A stretch of 61,571 bases of DNA from Sarea resinae (Eukaryota), in assembly GCA_026026165.1 (NCBI GenBank), contig JAPEUD010000105.1, positions 1 through 61,571 of the forward strand, given 5' to 3'. The notes beneath the pieces are model-generated. The model did not search any database and had not been told where the DNA came from. It saw only the letters and a program-made list of their open reading frames with translations. Positions 1 to 11,915 of the stretch are shown one piece after another. The translations under genes were made by a program, and so were the position numbers. Each line of letters starts with the position of its first letter. Within the stretch, counting starts at the first letter, position 1.

Positions 1-2
1 AA

Positions 3-4
<2 letters not shown>

Positions 5-38
<34 letters not shown>
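5..38. repeat. Poly-C homopolymer (34 nt), apparently within the last intron of the LRO1-like gene
   Basis: Direct reading: C run from 5 to 38. Confidence 0.9.
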
Positions 39-40
<2 letters not shown>

Positions 41-93
41 ACCAAAATCAAGAGCGAACCTCCCCAGCACGATCGCTTATGAAATCAAAACAG

Positions 94-236
94 GTGACCA
101 CGTTGACATCCTCGGCCGCTCCTCCCTGAATGACCTGATCCTTCGCGTCGCCGCCGGACGAGGCCACGAGATCAACGAGACCATCATCTCGAACATACTC
201 GAGTACTCGCGAAAGGTGCAGGTGTTTGACGATTGA
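94..236 (+). CDS. LRO1: Last exon of phospholipid:diacylglycerol acyltransferase (PDAT, LCAT family); gene starts upstream of the window
   Basis: After the acceptor aaaacAG, the frame reads (G)DHVDILGRSSLNDLILRVAAGRGHEINETIISNILEYSRKVQVFDD*. This matches the PDAT C-terminus with the catalytic His in DHVDILG. Not in the ORF track. Confidence 0.85.
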
Positions 237-1504
237 GCCCTATCATGGCGGAGTCGCGTATATGATCCCGCACAGCATGGCACAGCTTGGCACAACACAG
301 CCTTGGACGTATGGACCGGGAGGGAACGGAAGTGGTCTGTAGATATACTAGATACCGGGTAGACATGGGGAAATGGGGGGGCGGCATTGGGAACCCGGCG
401 CTTTTCCATTTCATTTCATTTCCTCGATCGGTTTTCTTTTTTTTTTTTTGGTGGGTGGTTGTGGGTTGGTTGGTTGGTCGGGGTTGTTCATTAGATTTGA
501 ATTTCCTGAACTTACTTTGTATCGCACTGGGCCAGTTGCCTGTATCTCCTCTATTACCCACTCACCCACCCAACCTATTTCCCCTGTTTATCAAAAATTC
601 CATTCTGAAAACTTTTTGCAAGGATCACATATACATATACCAGTGAGCATTGTACAAATATACAGGCACACAAACTCTATCTATCCATTTATTTTTCGCT
701 ATCTTTATTATTATTGCGAGGCGCGGGGTACCACGGAGCAGGCACATGAGTAACACTACCAGGCGATGCTGAGTTCTCAGTCCCTGACAACGATTATATA
801 TTCAGTCGATTGATCTGCAGATCCCTCTGGCTTAGCTTAGGCCAGTATCAGATCCAGACTTGTTGATACGAGTCGCAAGGAGGTCTTAAAAGGGGACCCG
901 AGGTAGGATTGATCACCATATTTCTCTTCTCCCGTTGTGTACCTGGTATCTCTAAATGTGAATCTTTAGTCGATAAGACCCACGCGATGGCGTCGCTCGT
1001 TGGCTGGCATGTTTTTCTCGCAAGGGAAAAGGTGCTGTTGATGTGCAGTTCTTTAATTGTTTATTGGGAGGCTAGGTCGATGGAACTATATACATGCGTG
1101 CGGAATATAGAACTTCGAGGTTGGGATATCGTTGAATATGGGAGAGAAAAGAAAAATCCCGAATTGAAATGAGATGGATGTATATGGATGGATATATGTG
1201 GATGGATATATGTGGATGGATCGGGAAATTAACGCCGGTGCCGGAAAATTGAAAAAGAGTGCGGAATCTGTTCTGTATCCGATTTCGCGCGCTTATAAAC
1301 ATTCGCTCATAGGGCTTCCCCCTTTGCCGCCCAGACGCCGTGGGATTATTTTGGTTGGGGTAGCTAGGCGGGACTATTTGAGCTGTGATGAGAATGATGG
1401 TGGCGGTGATGGTGATGCGATTGTGGCGGTGCGGGTGAAGAAGCTAAGAGGCACAGGTTGATCAGCGGATAGTCCCACTGTCCAAGTAAAGGCATAGATG
1501 GTCT

Positions 1505-2356
1505 TCACATACCCTTGTATTCGCTCCCCTGCAGGTCGGAAGCGTCGATATCCTCGCCATAGACGCGCTGCGATTCGAGTTCGCGCGGGCTCGGCAGGAG
1601 GAAGCCGAGCGCGAGATAGAGGCCGACGACGATGAACTCCTCAAAGAGGGCCATGAAGGCAAAGGCCCAGACGTTGCCGTCCAGGACGTTGAAGGTCAGC
1701 GACTTGGTGTCGAAGGCGCCGGCGAGCGAGAAGGCCAGACGCACGGCCAGGAAGGGCAGGCTGATGCAGACGGCGTAGATGATGCGGCGCTCGGCGACGT
1801 GCTGGATGCGGGCGAGCGTGAAGAGGGCGATGCCGGCTTGGACGAGGAAGATGACGGTGAAGAGCACGATGGCGGCCTTGACGAGCGCATGGCCCGTCGA
1901 GACGTCCGAGCTGCTATCGTGGCTTTCCTTGATGCCGCCGACGATGGCGAGGGCGAGGGCCGCAAGGACGGTGACGTGGAGTAGGTGGAACCAGAGGGAT
2001 GGCAGGCCATGAGAGTTGGTGATGCCGCGGTGTCTATACGTCGAGGGTTTAGAGATGCTTTCTAAAGAAGGGAGAGGGAAAACACACGCCCGATGTATGA
2101 GGCCAAGCATGGATAGGATCAATGGGGATAGGCCGACACTGCTGAAGATGGCTGCAATGGTGAAGTCGGTTTTGGTTCCAATGCTGCTCTCGCTGGCTAT
2201 CAGGCAGGCCGGGCCGACGATGCGCAAGACTGAGAGCAGAATCAGGAAGCACCAGCCAGATGATCGGTGTTTTATCGTGAGCCATATGGCGAGGAAGAAG
2301 ACGGGAAAGTAGTAGACCACCTCAGCGACAGAGACGTGGGCATGCTCGTCAAACAT
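1505..2356 (-). CDS. Multi-pass (about 7 TM) fungal membrane protein, RTA1-like/DUF7702-type; probable intron 2034-2087
   Basis: ATG at 2356 (MFDEHAHVSVAEVVYY). Repeated hydrophobic helices, with LRIVG, SVGLSPL and SLPFLAVRL..S motifs typical of this group. Strong GC3 bias in the 3' exon. Confidence 0.75.
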   Translation of the reverse strand: MFDEHAHVSVAEVVYYFPVFFLAIWLTIKHRSSGWCFLILLSVLRIVGPACLIASESSIGTKTDFTIAAIFSSVGLSPLILSMLGLIHRACVFPLPSLESISKPSTYRHRGITNSHGLPSLWFHLLHVTVLAALALAIVGGIKESHDSSSDVSTGHALVKAAIVLFTVIFLVQAGIALFTLARIQHVAERRIIYAVCISLPFLAVRLAFSLAGAFDTKSLTFNVLDGNVWAFAFMALFEEFIVVGLYLALGFLLPSPRELESQRVYGEDIDASDLQGSEYKGM

Positions 2357-3743
2357 GGTTGCAATTGAGCGTGAGCGAGTGGATATCAATTAAAGAATAA
2401 GAAAAACCCGGGTCAGGTAAGCTCTTACTTGCAGCAAGGCAGGTCGGATCTGAGATTGAAAGAGAGAGGTGTTTGTATTCTTGAGGAGATGCTTGAACAC
2501 AATGCTAATGGACTGAATATTATATCTTTCTTTCTGGAGCGGAGACACGCCAGCCTTATATCTTGACATGACCTCCATCCTTTGCTCTCGAGATCAAGGT
2601 GGAAGAGCTCAGGTAAACAGAACTGCTTAGCTAGACGACGAGGCTTTCCCTCCTCCCTGCAGGCGCAGCATGGCTCGCGAAAAAGACCCAAAGGAGACAT
2701 GCAGCGCGAACATGGATCGATGGCTCCGTCCAAGCGCTTTCAGCAGTGAGCAGTGTGCAGTGGCCGCAACAGTACTGGCGATTCCAGATATCAGACAGTG
2801 GATCTTCCAGAGTGAGTGAGTGGGAGCAAGGTCGTGGCTATGCTATGGGAGAACGAGCTGTTGTTGTTGGGCTGGAGAAAGGACACGGCTTGACCGTCTT
2901 ACGTGCCTGGCTAGAGCTATACGTAGTGGAGCTACGTACGGAGTAGTGCTGAAGTAGGCGGTGATGTTGGTGTTGACTCTTGCGCGCCGATTAGTGCGTC
3001 GGTAGAGTACTCATCGGACTACTGAAGTAGATATCCCCATGATGTTCTCCCTAGCACTGATCGGGCAATGCTTGCGATCGCGACGAGGACAACACAACAC
3101 AACACAACCCCGTACAATGATGGATCCCTTCAGGTATTATGATTCGACCGAGACCTGCCGCTCATTTACTGCTGATTCCTGCGCATGTACTAGCTGGGGA
3201 AGCTCTCTCCTGCAAATTCCAATTCGTCATCAATAAATCATTGCTCATCGGGCGTCAATTGCATCTCCATCTGCATGAGGATTGACCCCTAAGAAAGCCT
3301 TATCGGGACACCGTGCATGATGGGAATCCGCGTACTGGCTACTTCATCCGAAGTGCAGCCTCCCCTGCTGATCATCTCGAGTACCTAGATTGCCATGCAT
3401 ATCGCCTGTCAAAGTAGGTACCGCCTTAGGCCCGGGCGGCTACTCTACTCGCACGCAAAGTATAGGCCACTTGCCTCGCCTAGTCCCTTCGGTCTCTTAT
3501 CTGGTCATTGCCCTGGAGCTTCATCCCCCGCAAGCTGACAGCGGGAGCGTTCTTACCGTGACGGGCTGTGTGAAGCCCTGACGCCCATGACACCCACAAC
3601 GATATCTCCGCTTCCTCCTCTTTTCCGATCTCTAGATCGTCTCTTCTGCCACAACGAGAACCTTACTCGCCGCTAGACCATTGACACAGACCTCAACAGG
3701 ATTCCGCGAGGCGTTTCCGCAGCATCGATCACATCCATCGACA

Positions 3744-5634
3744 ATGGTGTACTGCGGAAAGCCAAGCCGGGGGTGTCAAGCCTGCAAGACTCGTCGTATC
3801 AAGGTAAATCTTCCTCTTTCGGCTGGTCTTGCGAGCCTTCAGAGCAGAAGAGCCGCGCATGGAGTAAAGACGGCTAACTGCACCGACTACCTTTCACTAC
3901 TGCACAGTGTGACGAAGGCAAACCCGCTTGCTTTCAATGTACCAAATCCAAGAAATCGTGTCCTGGCTACAAGGACGACTTCGATCTGGTCTTTCGCAAC
4001 GAGACCAATGCCGTTGCCAGAAAGGTCGAGCGAAAGACGATCAAAGATGCTCAACGGCGGAGATTGCAGCAACGCTCCACCGGTGCCGCGAACCAGGTCT
4101 CTAATGTTGTCTGCTCGACGCCACGGGCCATCATCACCGTCATAACGCAACCGGTCGAAGAGCAAGCCATCTGTTACTTTCTCGATAATTTCGTCATCTC
4201 TAGTCGTCGCATCCCATTTCAGCTCTACCTTGAACACCTCATCCCCATGCACAACAAAGCCAAGCCAGATTCCCCTGTACATGCCGCCATAGCTTCCGTG
4301 TCGATGGCAGCACTGAGTAAGCGCCAGCACAATCAGCCGTTGATGTACAGGGCGCATTCAAAGTATGCAAAAGCCTTGTCCATGGTCAATGCCGCACTTG
4401 CAGATCCCGAAGAGGCCAAATCGGACGAGACCCTGTTTAGCGTGCTTCTAATGAGTATGGTCGAGGTGAGTCTTGTCTTCATCTACTGGTCCTTTGTCCA
4501 GGCGGCCAGCACTCTATCTTGGCCGCAGAACAGAGGCTGACTCGTTGTTGAAGATGATAAGCGCCTCGCAAACGCCGGGTTGGACGGCCCACATCGAAGG
4601 CGCTGCGGCTCTGCTTAACCTTCGTGGAGAAGACCAATTTAGTAATAACATATCCGCGAGTTTGTTCTATGCTGCCAGGTCACAGCTGGTGAATTTACCC
4701 GATGGCCATGATAGACTTCATGCTGACAATGAGGCAGATTATCAGCTGCATAGTGAACTGCCTTCCCCTAGAGCAGCACCTCAACATCTCCTTGGCTGCT
4801 ATCAAAAGTGATTCGCACTTGAGTAAACTCGCAGTTCTCAGCCTCCCCATACCTACCCTCCGCGCCAAATCCCGCGCCCTTTTCGAACGTACGAAGAAAC
4901 GCCATAGATCCAAAGACGCTGTTTTAGCCCTCATGCACTCTGCACAAGTAACTCATACCGGTCTGATTGGATGGGAAAGCAACCTCGACTCCATTTGGCG
5001 CTACCGCACCATTGCCCGTGTAGAGAACATTCCCGAAGACCTCGAAGCTGCAGACGCATACCAAGGGAACATAGACTGGTATCAAGACACTTGGGTCGCG
5101 ACAATGTGGAACACGTACCGCACTAACCGTATCGTCGTCCTTTCTATCCTCGTTAAATGTCGTAGATGGCTCGCCCAGAATGGCAATGCTGTTTCACAAT
5201 ATGACAACCTCGATCCGCCATCAGATACACCCAATCTCAACACGCAAGATTTCTCCAAATCCGGCGATAACGAGTCGGAACTGGGGGCCATGGATATCGA
5301 CGATGATGTGTCAACTATAGCCGCCACACCCAACATTCCCACGCTAATGAACATGACCCGTGCCCTCGTCTCCGCAATCTGTGCGTCCGTCCCTTTCCAC
5401 TGTGGCTACATTTTTCCTCAAGGAAAACGAAACACCATTCTCGAGACACGGTCCGGCCGACCGAAAGCCATAGGCGGTTACGTCCTAATGTGGCCGCTCT
5501 TTGTTGCTCGAAATGCCTGGGGTATTCCGGATGCGCAGCGTTCGTGGCTCCGAGGCCGCTTACTGTTCATTGGGCGCGAGTCGGGGTTCGATCAGGCTAA
5601 GGATATGGCGAACATGACTGGGGATTTTTTATGA
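3744..5634 (+). CDS. Zn(II)2Cys6 transcription factor; introns about 3804-3907, 4466-4553, 4689-4737
   Basis: MVYCGKPSRGCQACKTRRIK/CDEGKPACFQCTKSKKSCPGY gives the six-Cys binuclear cluster across an intron. Fungal TF middle region (W.AH.EGAAALL.LRG) and C-terminal IGGY.LMWPL follow. Confidence 0.92.
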
Positions 5635-7151
5635 GATGAGGCTGTTTGGGCTGAGACGACACTGGAAGCCACGAAGAGCATCTGAGAACGTCGGCTCCAA
5701 GCTCTAGAGTTCCCAAGTTACGTCACGCAGAGCGGTTGATAGTCCAGCGCTGGGCGGTCTATGCAGTCCAGGACCGGCGTTCCGTAGGTATGCCCAAGCA
5801 ATGAAGCTTGGCGGTCCAAATTAGTCGGACCTTCTCAGCGGGTCTGAAAGCAATGACGTTGGACCACTGGACCACTGAACCCTGTGGCCCTGTGGAAGTG
5901 TTTCTGTTATCACCAGCAGGGCCATTCTAGTTTGTAAAGCTGCAGGGATCGCATCCGACTGCTCTGGTTCAATCAGGGGATCAGGGGAAAGACGGACTTT
6001 GGAAGGGGCGAGCGGGGTCGTGTCGCGCAGGAAGGGCGCTAGATGAGGTGCAAGGCAGCAGAGGATATTGGATTTCTCCAGGGGAGGGCGAAGGAAGGCA
6101 GGGGGAATCGAAACGTCAAGAGATAGGGGTATTGACTACTGCCTGTCTATGAAGAAATGATCGTGGCGATGATGCTCGGCGTCATTTATACGAGATTCGG
6201 TGGTCTGCCATCGTTACAACTAATGGGTGCTGCTACTGCTGCTTATGGTGAAGTCCGCAAGTCCGGATGAGTCAATAGGTCATATTAAATCTCATGAGGC
6301 ATTTTTGGATATCCCGAGATTTGTTCGGATGTTGTACGTTTTGAGATATCGGAGCCATGCAAAAAGGTTGAAGGTGACAAACGGGGGATCGAGAATCGCA
6401 AGAGTGGGCAAAACCAAGAGACGAAAACAAAGACGAAGCCAAAGACAAAGAAGAAAGAGGAAGAGGAAGAGGAAGAAAGATCGCTGATTGATTGAGTTGG
6501 TCGTTAAAAGCGCTCGTTAGGTACGATCAGGGAAAACCGAATAGTAAGACTCCTTCTAGCTAAATCAGCCATTGCGAATAAATCCGTTTTCACATCTCCC
6601 TCATGTTCGCCTCGTCGCGCGTCGTCTTCTCCCGTCCATCATTGCTGCTAAAGCACAGAAAGAAAAAAAGACGAGAAGAAAAAAAGGGGGGAGAAATGGT
6701 TCGGATAGAGTGTTTCGTGCGTGTGCGCCGTAGGTAGTAGGTATGGAAAGGGGGGTATAAGTTCAAATATTACAGTCGCGAAGCAAAGATCTCGTCGTCG
6801 TGGGCCCCCTATATGATCACCTTCCTCCCTCCCTCCCTCCCTCCCTCCCTGCATGCCTGCCTGCCCCTGCGTCATACCATACCCTAGGCTGCTCTCTATT
6901 CATGCTAGCTCCGCGTGCGAAATGTTACTCTGTGTGTGATGGAGACGCCAGGGAGGATAGAGTCCTTAAAGAGAAGAGTGGCGCGAAAGAGTCGATCTCT
7001 ATCTTCTCGACGTTCCTGCAGACGAGGAGGATGCGCCGGACGCCGAGGCCGAGACTGAGGCGTGACGGGAGGGTCTGCGGCAGCGGAGGAATCAGATCGA
7101 TCGGCTCTCGACGGTGCATTTGGAATTAGGAGAAAGCGGAAGTGGATGGAC

Positions 7152-7568
7152 TCACGGTTTCGAGGACGGCGGAGGGCCGCTCTCGTCCTTGTTCCAGAAA
7201 CGGCTGCGGTAGGCGGGCCAGGTGGAGAAGTTCCAGGCCTTTACTAGGAGGCTGGGTGCATAGTCAAGGTGGTTAGCTATGGCTGACGTGCAGGGCCCGG
7301 GGAAGATGGTTTTCTCTCGCAGATAGAAGACCGCGAGGATAGTGAGGAGGGAAACGTACTTCTGCGTTCCGCCAACGTAGTCCTCGTTCTTGACGTTCTT
7401 GACCTGCACCTTGACGCCGTCTTTCGTGATGACGAAGTTCTTGCGCTCCATCTTCTCCGACGTCTTCTCGGCGATGCCCGTGTAGGTGATGTAGACTGCG
7501 TAGCCGACGAAGGAGATGACGACTAAGGTGAGGAAGAGGAGGATGAGCGGGATCAGTTTGTGTGCCAT
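7152..7568 (-). CDS. Small conserved fungal hypothetical protein with an N-terminal TM helix; intron 7252-7359
   Basis: MAHKLIPLILLFLTLVVISFVGYAVY...TKDGVKVQVK...EDYVGGTQ/NLLVKAWNFSTWPAYRSRFW. GTACGT donor, GCTAAC branch, CAG acceptor. Confidence 0.75.
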   Translation of the reverse strand: MAHKLIPLILLFLTLVVISFVGYAVYITYTGIAEKTSEKMERKNFVITKDGVKVQVKNVKNEDYVGGTQKYVSLLTILAVFYLREKTIFPGPCTSAIANHLDYAPSLLVKAWNFSTWPAYRSRFWNKDESGPPPSSKP

Positions 7569-9038
7569 TTTTTCTTTGTGGCTGTTTGGCCGTGGTCGTG
7601 ATGGTGATGGTGATGTTGTGGATTGGTGGTGGGTCGTGAGGGCGAGGGGCGTCGATCGAGGTTTGGGGTTGTTGGTCGAGGGTGCGGATCAGGGTCCGAT
7701 GACGAGGTGAGGCTGTGTGATGGAGGAGTGGAGATGTTGACTTCGTGTCCGGTCGCGGTAAATGGGCGCAGACACGCAGGGAAAGGAAGAGTCCCTAGAG
7801 AGGAGATTCTCGAAGTGAATGTGGACGTTGGAGAGTGTTGATGGCAGATGTCGATGGCTTCGAATACGGTATCATGCCTGATAAGATGATCTCCAGGGTC
7901 TCATCGTTGTTGCAGTGCGATCGATGTTGTTTGACTATCGTCTCGTCTGCCCAGTGGAGTCTGGAGCCAAGCACCACCAAGTTGGAACCCCACTCGGGCC
8001 GATCCTGGCGATCGCCCTCTTCGGACGAAGGTACTCCCTCACATGTGACCGCTGTGACCGCTGTAGCTGTTGGCATGCAGCTCACTGACCTGTCCTGATC
8101 TGTCCTACGACTTTACCAAGTGAAAAAGCCCCGAATTCATGGCCGATAACATGGTCATCGATCTACGAGGACCTTAGAGATAGGGAGGAAGACGGGAAGA
8201 GTGGAGATGGGAGATGGTACTACTAGGTAGCCTGGAAGATGGATTCCTCGACGGCACGGGACCTGGGAGATGTATCATCTGATGCGTCAGCGTGGACATC
8301 GTACTCGGAGTACACGTCCACTGGTAATGCATGGCGAAGCTGGAGGGGACGATCGATCAGGACGGCACAAGTCAGTCAGGCATGGCAGTCGGGTCGTCTC
8401 CGTGGTAGTCAATCTATATATGGTGACCGGACGCTCCCATCTCTCGATACAAGGTACCCATCAATTGATTTCCGCTGCCCGTGAGGAATTGGAGGCGATG
8501 CGAGATGGCAGTGATGCGACTCGCACGGGACTCCCGTCCCAACCGCATCAACGCCTGGTTCGCGCTGCTTCATCTGCTCTCGTTGCCGGCCAATGCCCTG
8601 CTGGATGTGCTGGACGGCGCACGCAGATTACTACATCGGGCAGATCTCGAAGACAGTAAAGATGAAGATGCCGCTTCTCTGGCGAGAGACGAAGCTGGAG
8701 AGGAGAAAGGCGAGAGAGACGCCGAGAGCGACGATCACGTAATCAAGGCCAGCGGCACAGGCGAGGCGGCGACGTCGACGACGACCACCGCAACTGGCGA
8801 AGCTCCAGAAGCTCCGTCGACAACTGCAACTTGTGCTGTGGCCGATCCCATCACCCTCACCAACACCAACACCAACATCGACGCTGACACTCTCAATCGT
8901 CTGCCACTTCAGCCCCATTCACCTCCTCACACTTCGCCCCGCCGGTCCAGCACCGACCAGACACTCACTTCCAACCTCTCCGTCGCTCCATCAACCACCC
9001 ATCCCATCCCTGCCGCGCCATCACCGCCAGCATCAACC

Positions 9039-9977
9039 ATGGCCGAAAAAGAACTGTCGTCCCTTCTCAAGCAGCTCCACCAATCCCTCGCATCTCACAC
9101 CTACACGTCGACCTCCTCACTCCTTTCCCGCGCGAAGCTCGCCCTCTTATCCCTCAACGCTCTCATCCCCTCGCCGACGACGTCGAAACACACCCTCCTC
9201 CTCGCACGCGAAACCCTCGAGCTCGGTGCCCTCATCTCCATCCGCCTGCAAGACCCTTCCTCCTTTACTCGCTACGTGCAACAGCTCCAACCATTCTACG
9301 AACAACCCGCCTCCAGCTTGCCGCGAGAGGGTAGCCAGCAAAGCAAAGTGACGGGTTTGTATCTGCTACTGCTCTTAAGCCAGGGAGACTACGCCGGATT
9401 CCATACGGTGTTGGAGAGCCTCGAAGTCGGTGAGGGAAGAGAGGGAGGCGAGGTCGAGGGTGATGCGTTTATCCAGTATCCCGTGAAGCTGGAGCGGTGG
9501 CTGATGGAGGGGAGTTACGATCGGGTGTGGAACGCTACGAAGAGCGAGCAGGCGCCGAGCGAAGAATACGACGTCTTTTCGGATGTGAGTATTCCTTTCC
9601 CCCATTCCTGAAGATTTCTTAGAACGATACGATGCCTTCGACGCTATCTACCTTCCGAGAACAAGATCTGACGATTTCTCTCCTCGCCACAGGTCCTCGT
9701 CGGCACCATCCGCGCCGAAATCGCTTCCTGCAGCGAAAAGGCCTACCCTTCCCTGCCAATCTCCAACGCCAAAAACCTCTTCTTCTTCGATAGCGAAGGC
9801 AGCGTGATTGAATTCGCCCAATCGCGCGACTGGATCGTCCGCGACGGCCGCATCTACTTCCCTGCCACTACTGGAGGGGCAACGGGGACGGGTAGCGAGA
9901 AGGAGATCCTTGTCGCCTCTGGTACGGTCATTGAGAATGCGATCGGCTACGCGAGAGAGCTGGAGACAATTGTCTAG
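9039..9977 (+). CDS. RPN12: 26S proteasome lid subunit Rpn12 (PCI domain); intron 9585-9692
   Basis: LLARETLELGALISIR...F.RY..QL.PFY, GLYLLLLLSQ, FHT.LE, LE.WLMEGSY, TIRAEIASCSEKAY and the C-terminal IGYARELETIV*. Confidence 0.95.
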
Positions 9978-10401
9978 GCAGAGAGGAGAAGAGGGTTGGG
10001 TGTAAGATATGCTCTTATGAGATGGACGGCGGTGGTCTCGGCCGGCGCTCATTCCGTAAATTCAATATCATGTTTGTGATAGAGAGAGATAGACATCTTT
10101 TGCACTTCTGAATCAACAGAGAGCCAAAGCCGAAGCCGAAGCTCCGTAATATTGAACCAACTGAATGCTCTTTGAAAGAAGCAAAATCCTTTGTGATGAC
10201 TATATCTGTCGTAGCAAATAGCAAAGTCCCGCACGATAAACCCTGCAAACCATGATACTGAACTCAACCCTCGTATACCATATGCCGTATATGCCCTATG
10301 CATGCCCCGCTCAGATTGCAGCAAGAAAAGAAAGATGGCACAATTCAGCACAGCATACATAATATGGCCCCATAAGCAACCACATGCACATATCAGCTCC
10401 T

Positions 10402-11616
10402 TCAGAAATCCCACGTCTCGGCCTTGTCATCCTCCTTGCTAGCCTTCGTCTTAGTCTTCTTCGCCCAGTCAGTGAGGTCTCCCGTAGCCCCTTTACGTTT
10501 CTTGCCGCCCTCGACTGTTCGACCTTCCTTGTTCATGGCGGTGAGAAGCTCCTTGGAGCTGTACAGGCTAGCTTTGAAACCCCATTCGTTCTTGGAGTTG
10601 ATGCCGAGGTGCGTGTACGCATCGCATTTATAGTAGATGCCCCATCCGCCTCCAACAAGGTCCATCTCGACTAATTTCTGCAAGACCCGCTTCACGTCGT
10701 CCATATCTGAGAAGTCGTCCGTGTAGACGCAGATGAGGCGCGTGTCCGACCCACCGTCCTCGAAGCCTTTGGTGGCTACCTTGGCGACGGAGCCGAGCTG
10801 GCCTGCTACCGTGGCCGTAACTATGGCGGCCCAGGTTTCATTGACTCGCGCGGCCGAAGGGAAGAGCATCCACTGTGGAATGAAGTGAGCAAGGCAAGAA
10901 AAGTACGACTTCTGACGAAGGACCAGGACACGTGCTCCATACCTTCCCACTCGTAACGCCCTTCTCTCGTGCCTTGGCCAGTAATTTCTCCTCAAACTCT
11001 TTCTTCTCAGGCCCCAGTCTTCTCGTAATCGTCGCCTTTGCTTTGCCCGCCATTTCACCTTCAACGGTCTTCCTTCTCGACTCCCATTCTGATAAGATCG
11101 CTGTCCCGACGTCGGTGTACCCGGCTAGATCTGAGTCCGTAGCCCGACGGTCCGAGTACGGATTCGCGACCCAGATCCAGGGGCCAACGGCAGTCCAGAG
11201 AGAGGTGAGAGGTGGCAGGCGAGCGAGAAAAGAGGCGATGGGTTCGTCGAGTTGCCAGGCTGCTCGCTCACCCTCGTAGGGATTATAGAGGGGCTTGGGG
11301 GCCATTCGTGCGGGTTCCGATGTTTTGGATGATGGGGTTCTGTTGGTGGTGTCTCCGGCAGGGTAGGAGATGGGCTGGGTGAACGTGTGAGTGAGTGGGC
11401 TGAAAGCGGCGACTGCGGACTCCAGAGACGCTTTGAGATCTTCATCTCCTGTGAAGGATCATGATGGTGTCAGTGTTTGTACATTGGATTATTAGGGGCG
11501 AATCGGCCTCTTGATCCCATGTGCTCAGCGGGGCTCTCACCGTAAAAGCTTGATTCTTCGGAGATGGGGTCGTCGTCAATTACGACCCACTCCTTGTCAT
11601 CCTGAGGCTCAGCCAT
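10402..11616 (-). CDS. DUF1917 / Bles03 (C11orf68-like) family protein; introns 11449-11540 and 10873-10942
   Basis: Spliced product contains FLARLPP, PWIWVANP, SGK/WMLF, AKVAT, RLICVYTDDF.D.DDV.RV and IYYKCDAYTHLGI...N.WG.KASLYSS. Confidence 0.85.
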
Positions 11617-11915
11617 GACGATGGCTCTACTGATCGCCTGTCATCCCATGTTCAGTACCATCGGGTTGACATGAGACTTCTGGAGGCTTGTGTTGATACT
11701 CCCGTCCGTACTTGAGTTGACGATGGTATTCTGCCGTCTCTCACCGCTTCCAGGGCGGTGTCGGCGTAGTCCGGCCACATTGCTGATCACCATGACATCT
11801 GCTTAGGCCCATTCTCTCGAATATCTGACAACTAATTATAGTTCCCAGAGCAGTCGGAATCAGATTGCTTCATTGCTCTCTCCCCTTTCCTTTTGGACAG
11901 AGGTCTTATATCAAT

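Noticed and set aside
77..409. 110-aa minus-strand ORF at the window start
   Set aside because: Antisense to the LRO1 last exon, which carries the real conserved motif.
8190..8240. GRWYY*VAWK fragment resembling a chromodomain
   Set aside because: Too short, interrupted by a stop, and the downstream chromodomain motif (TWEP) is absent.
10192..10261. GTGATGA...CTGA pair resembling a box C/D snoRNA (a similar pair lies at 37760-37826)
   Set aside because: No convincing terminal stem or recognisable rRNA-complementary guide, and such short boxes occur by chance. A snoscan/Infernal search would be needed.
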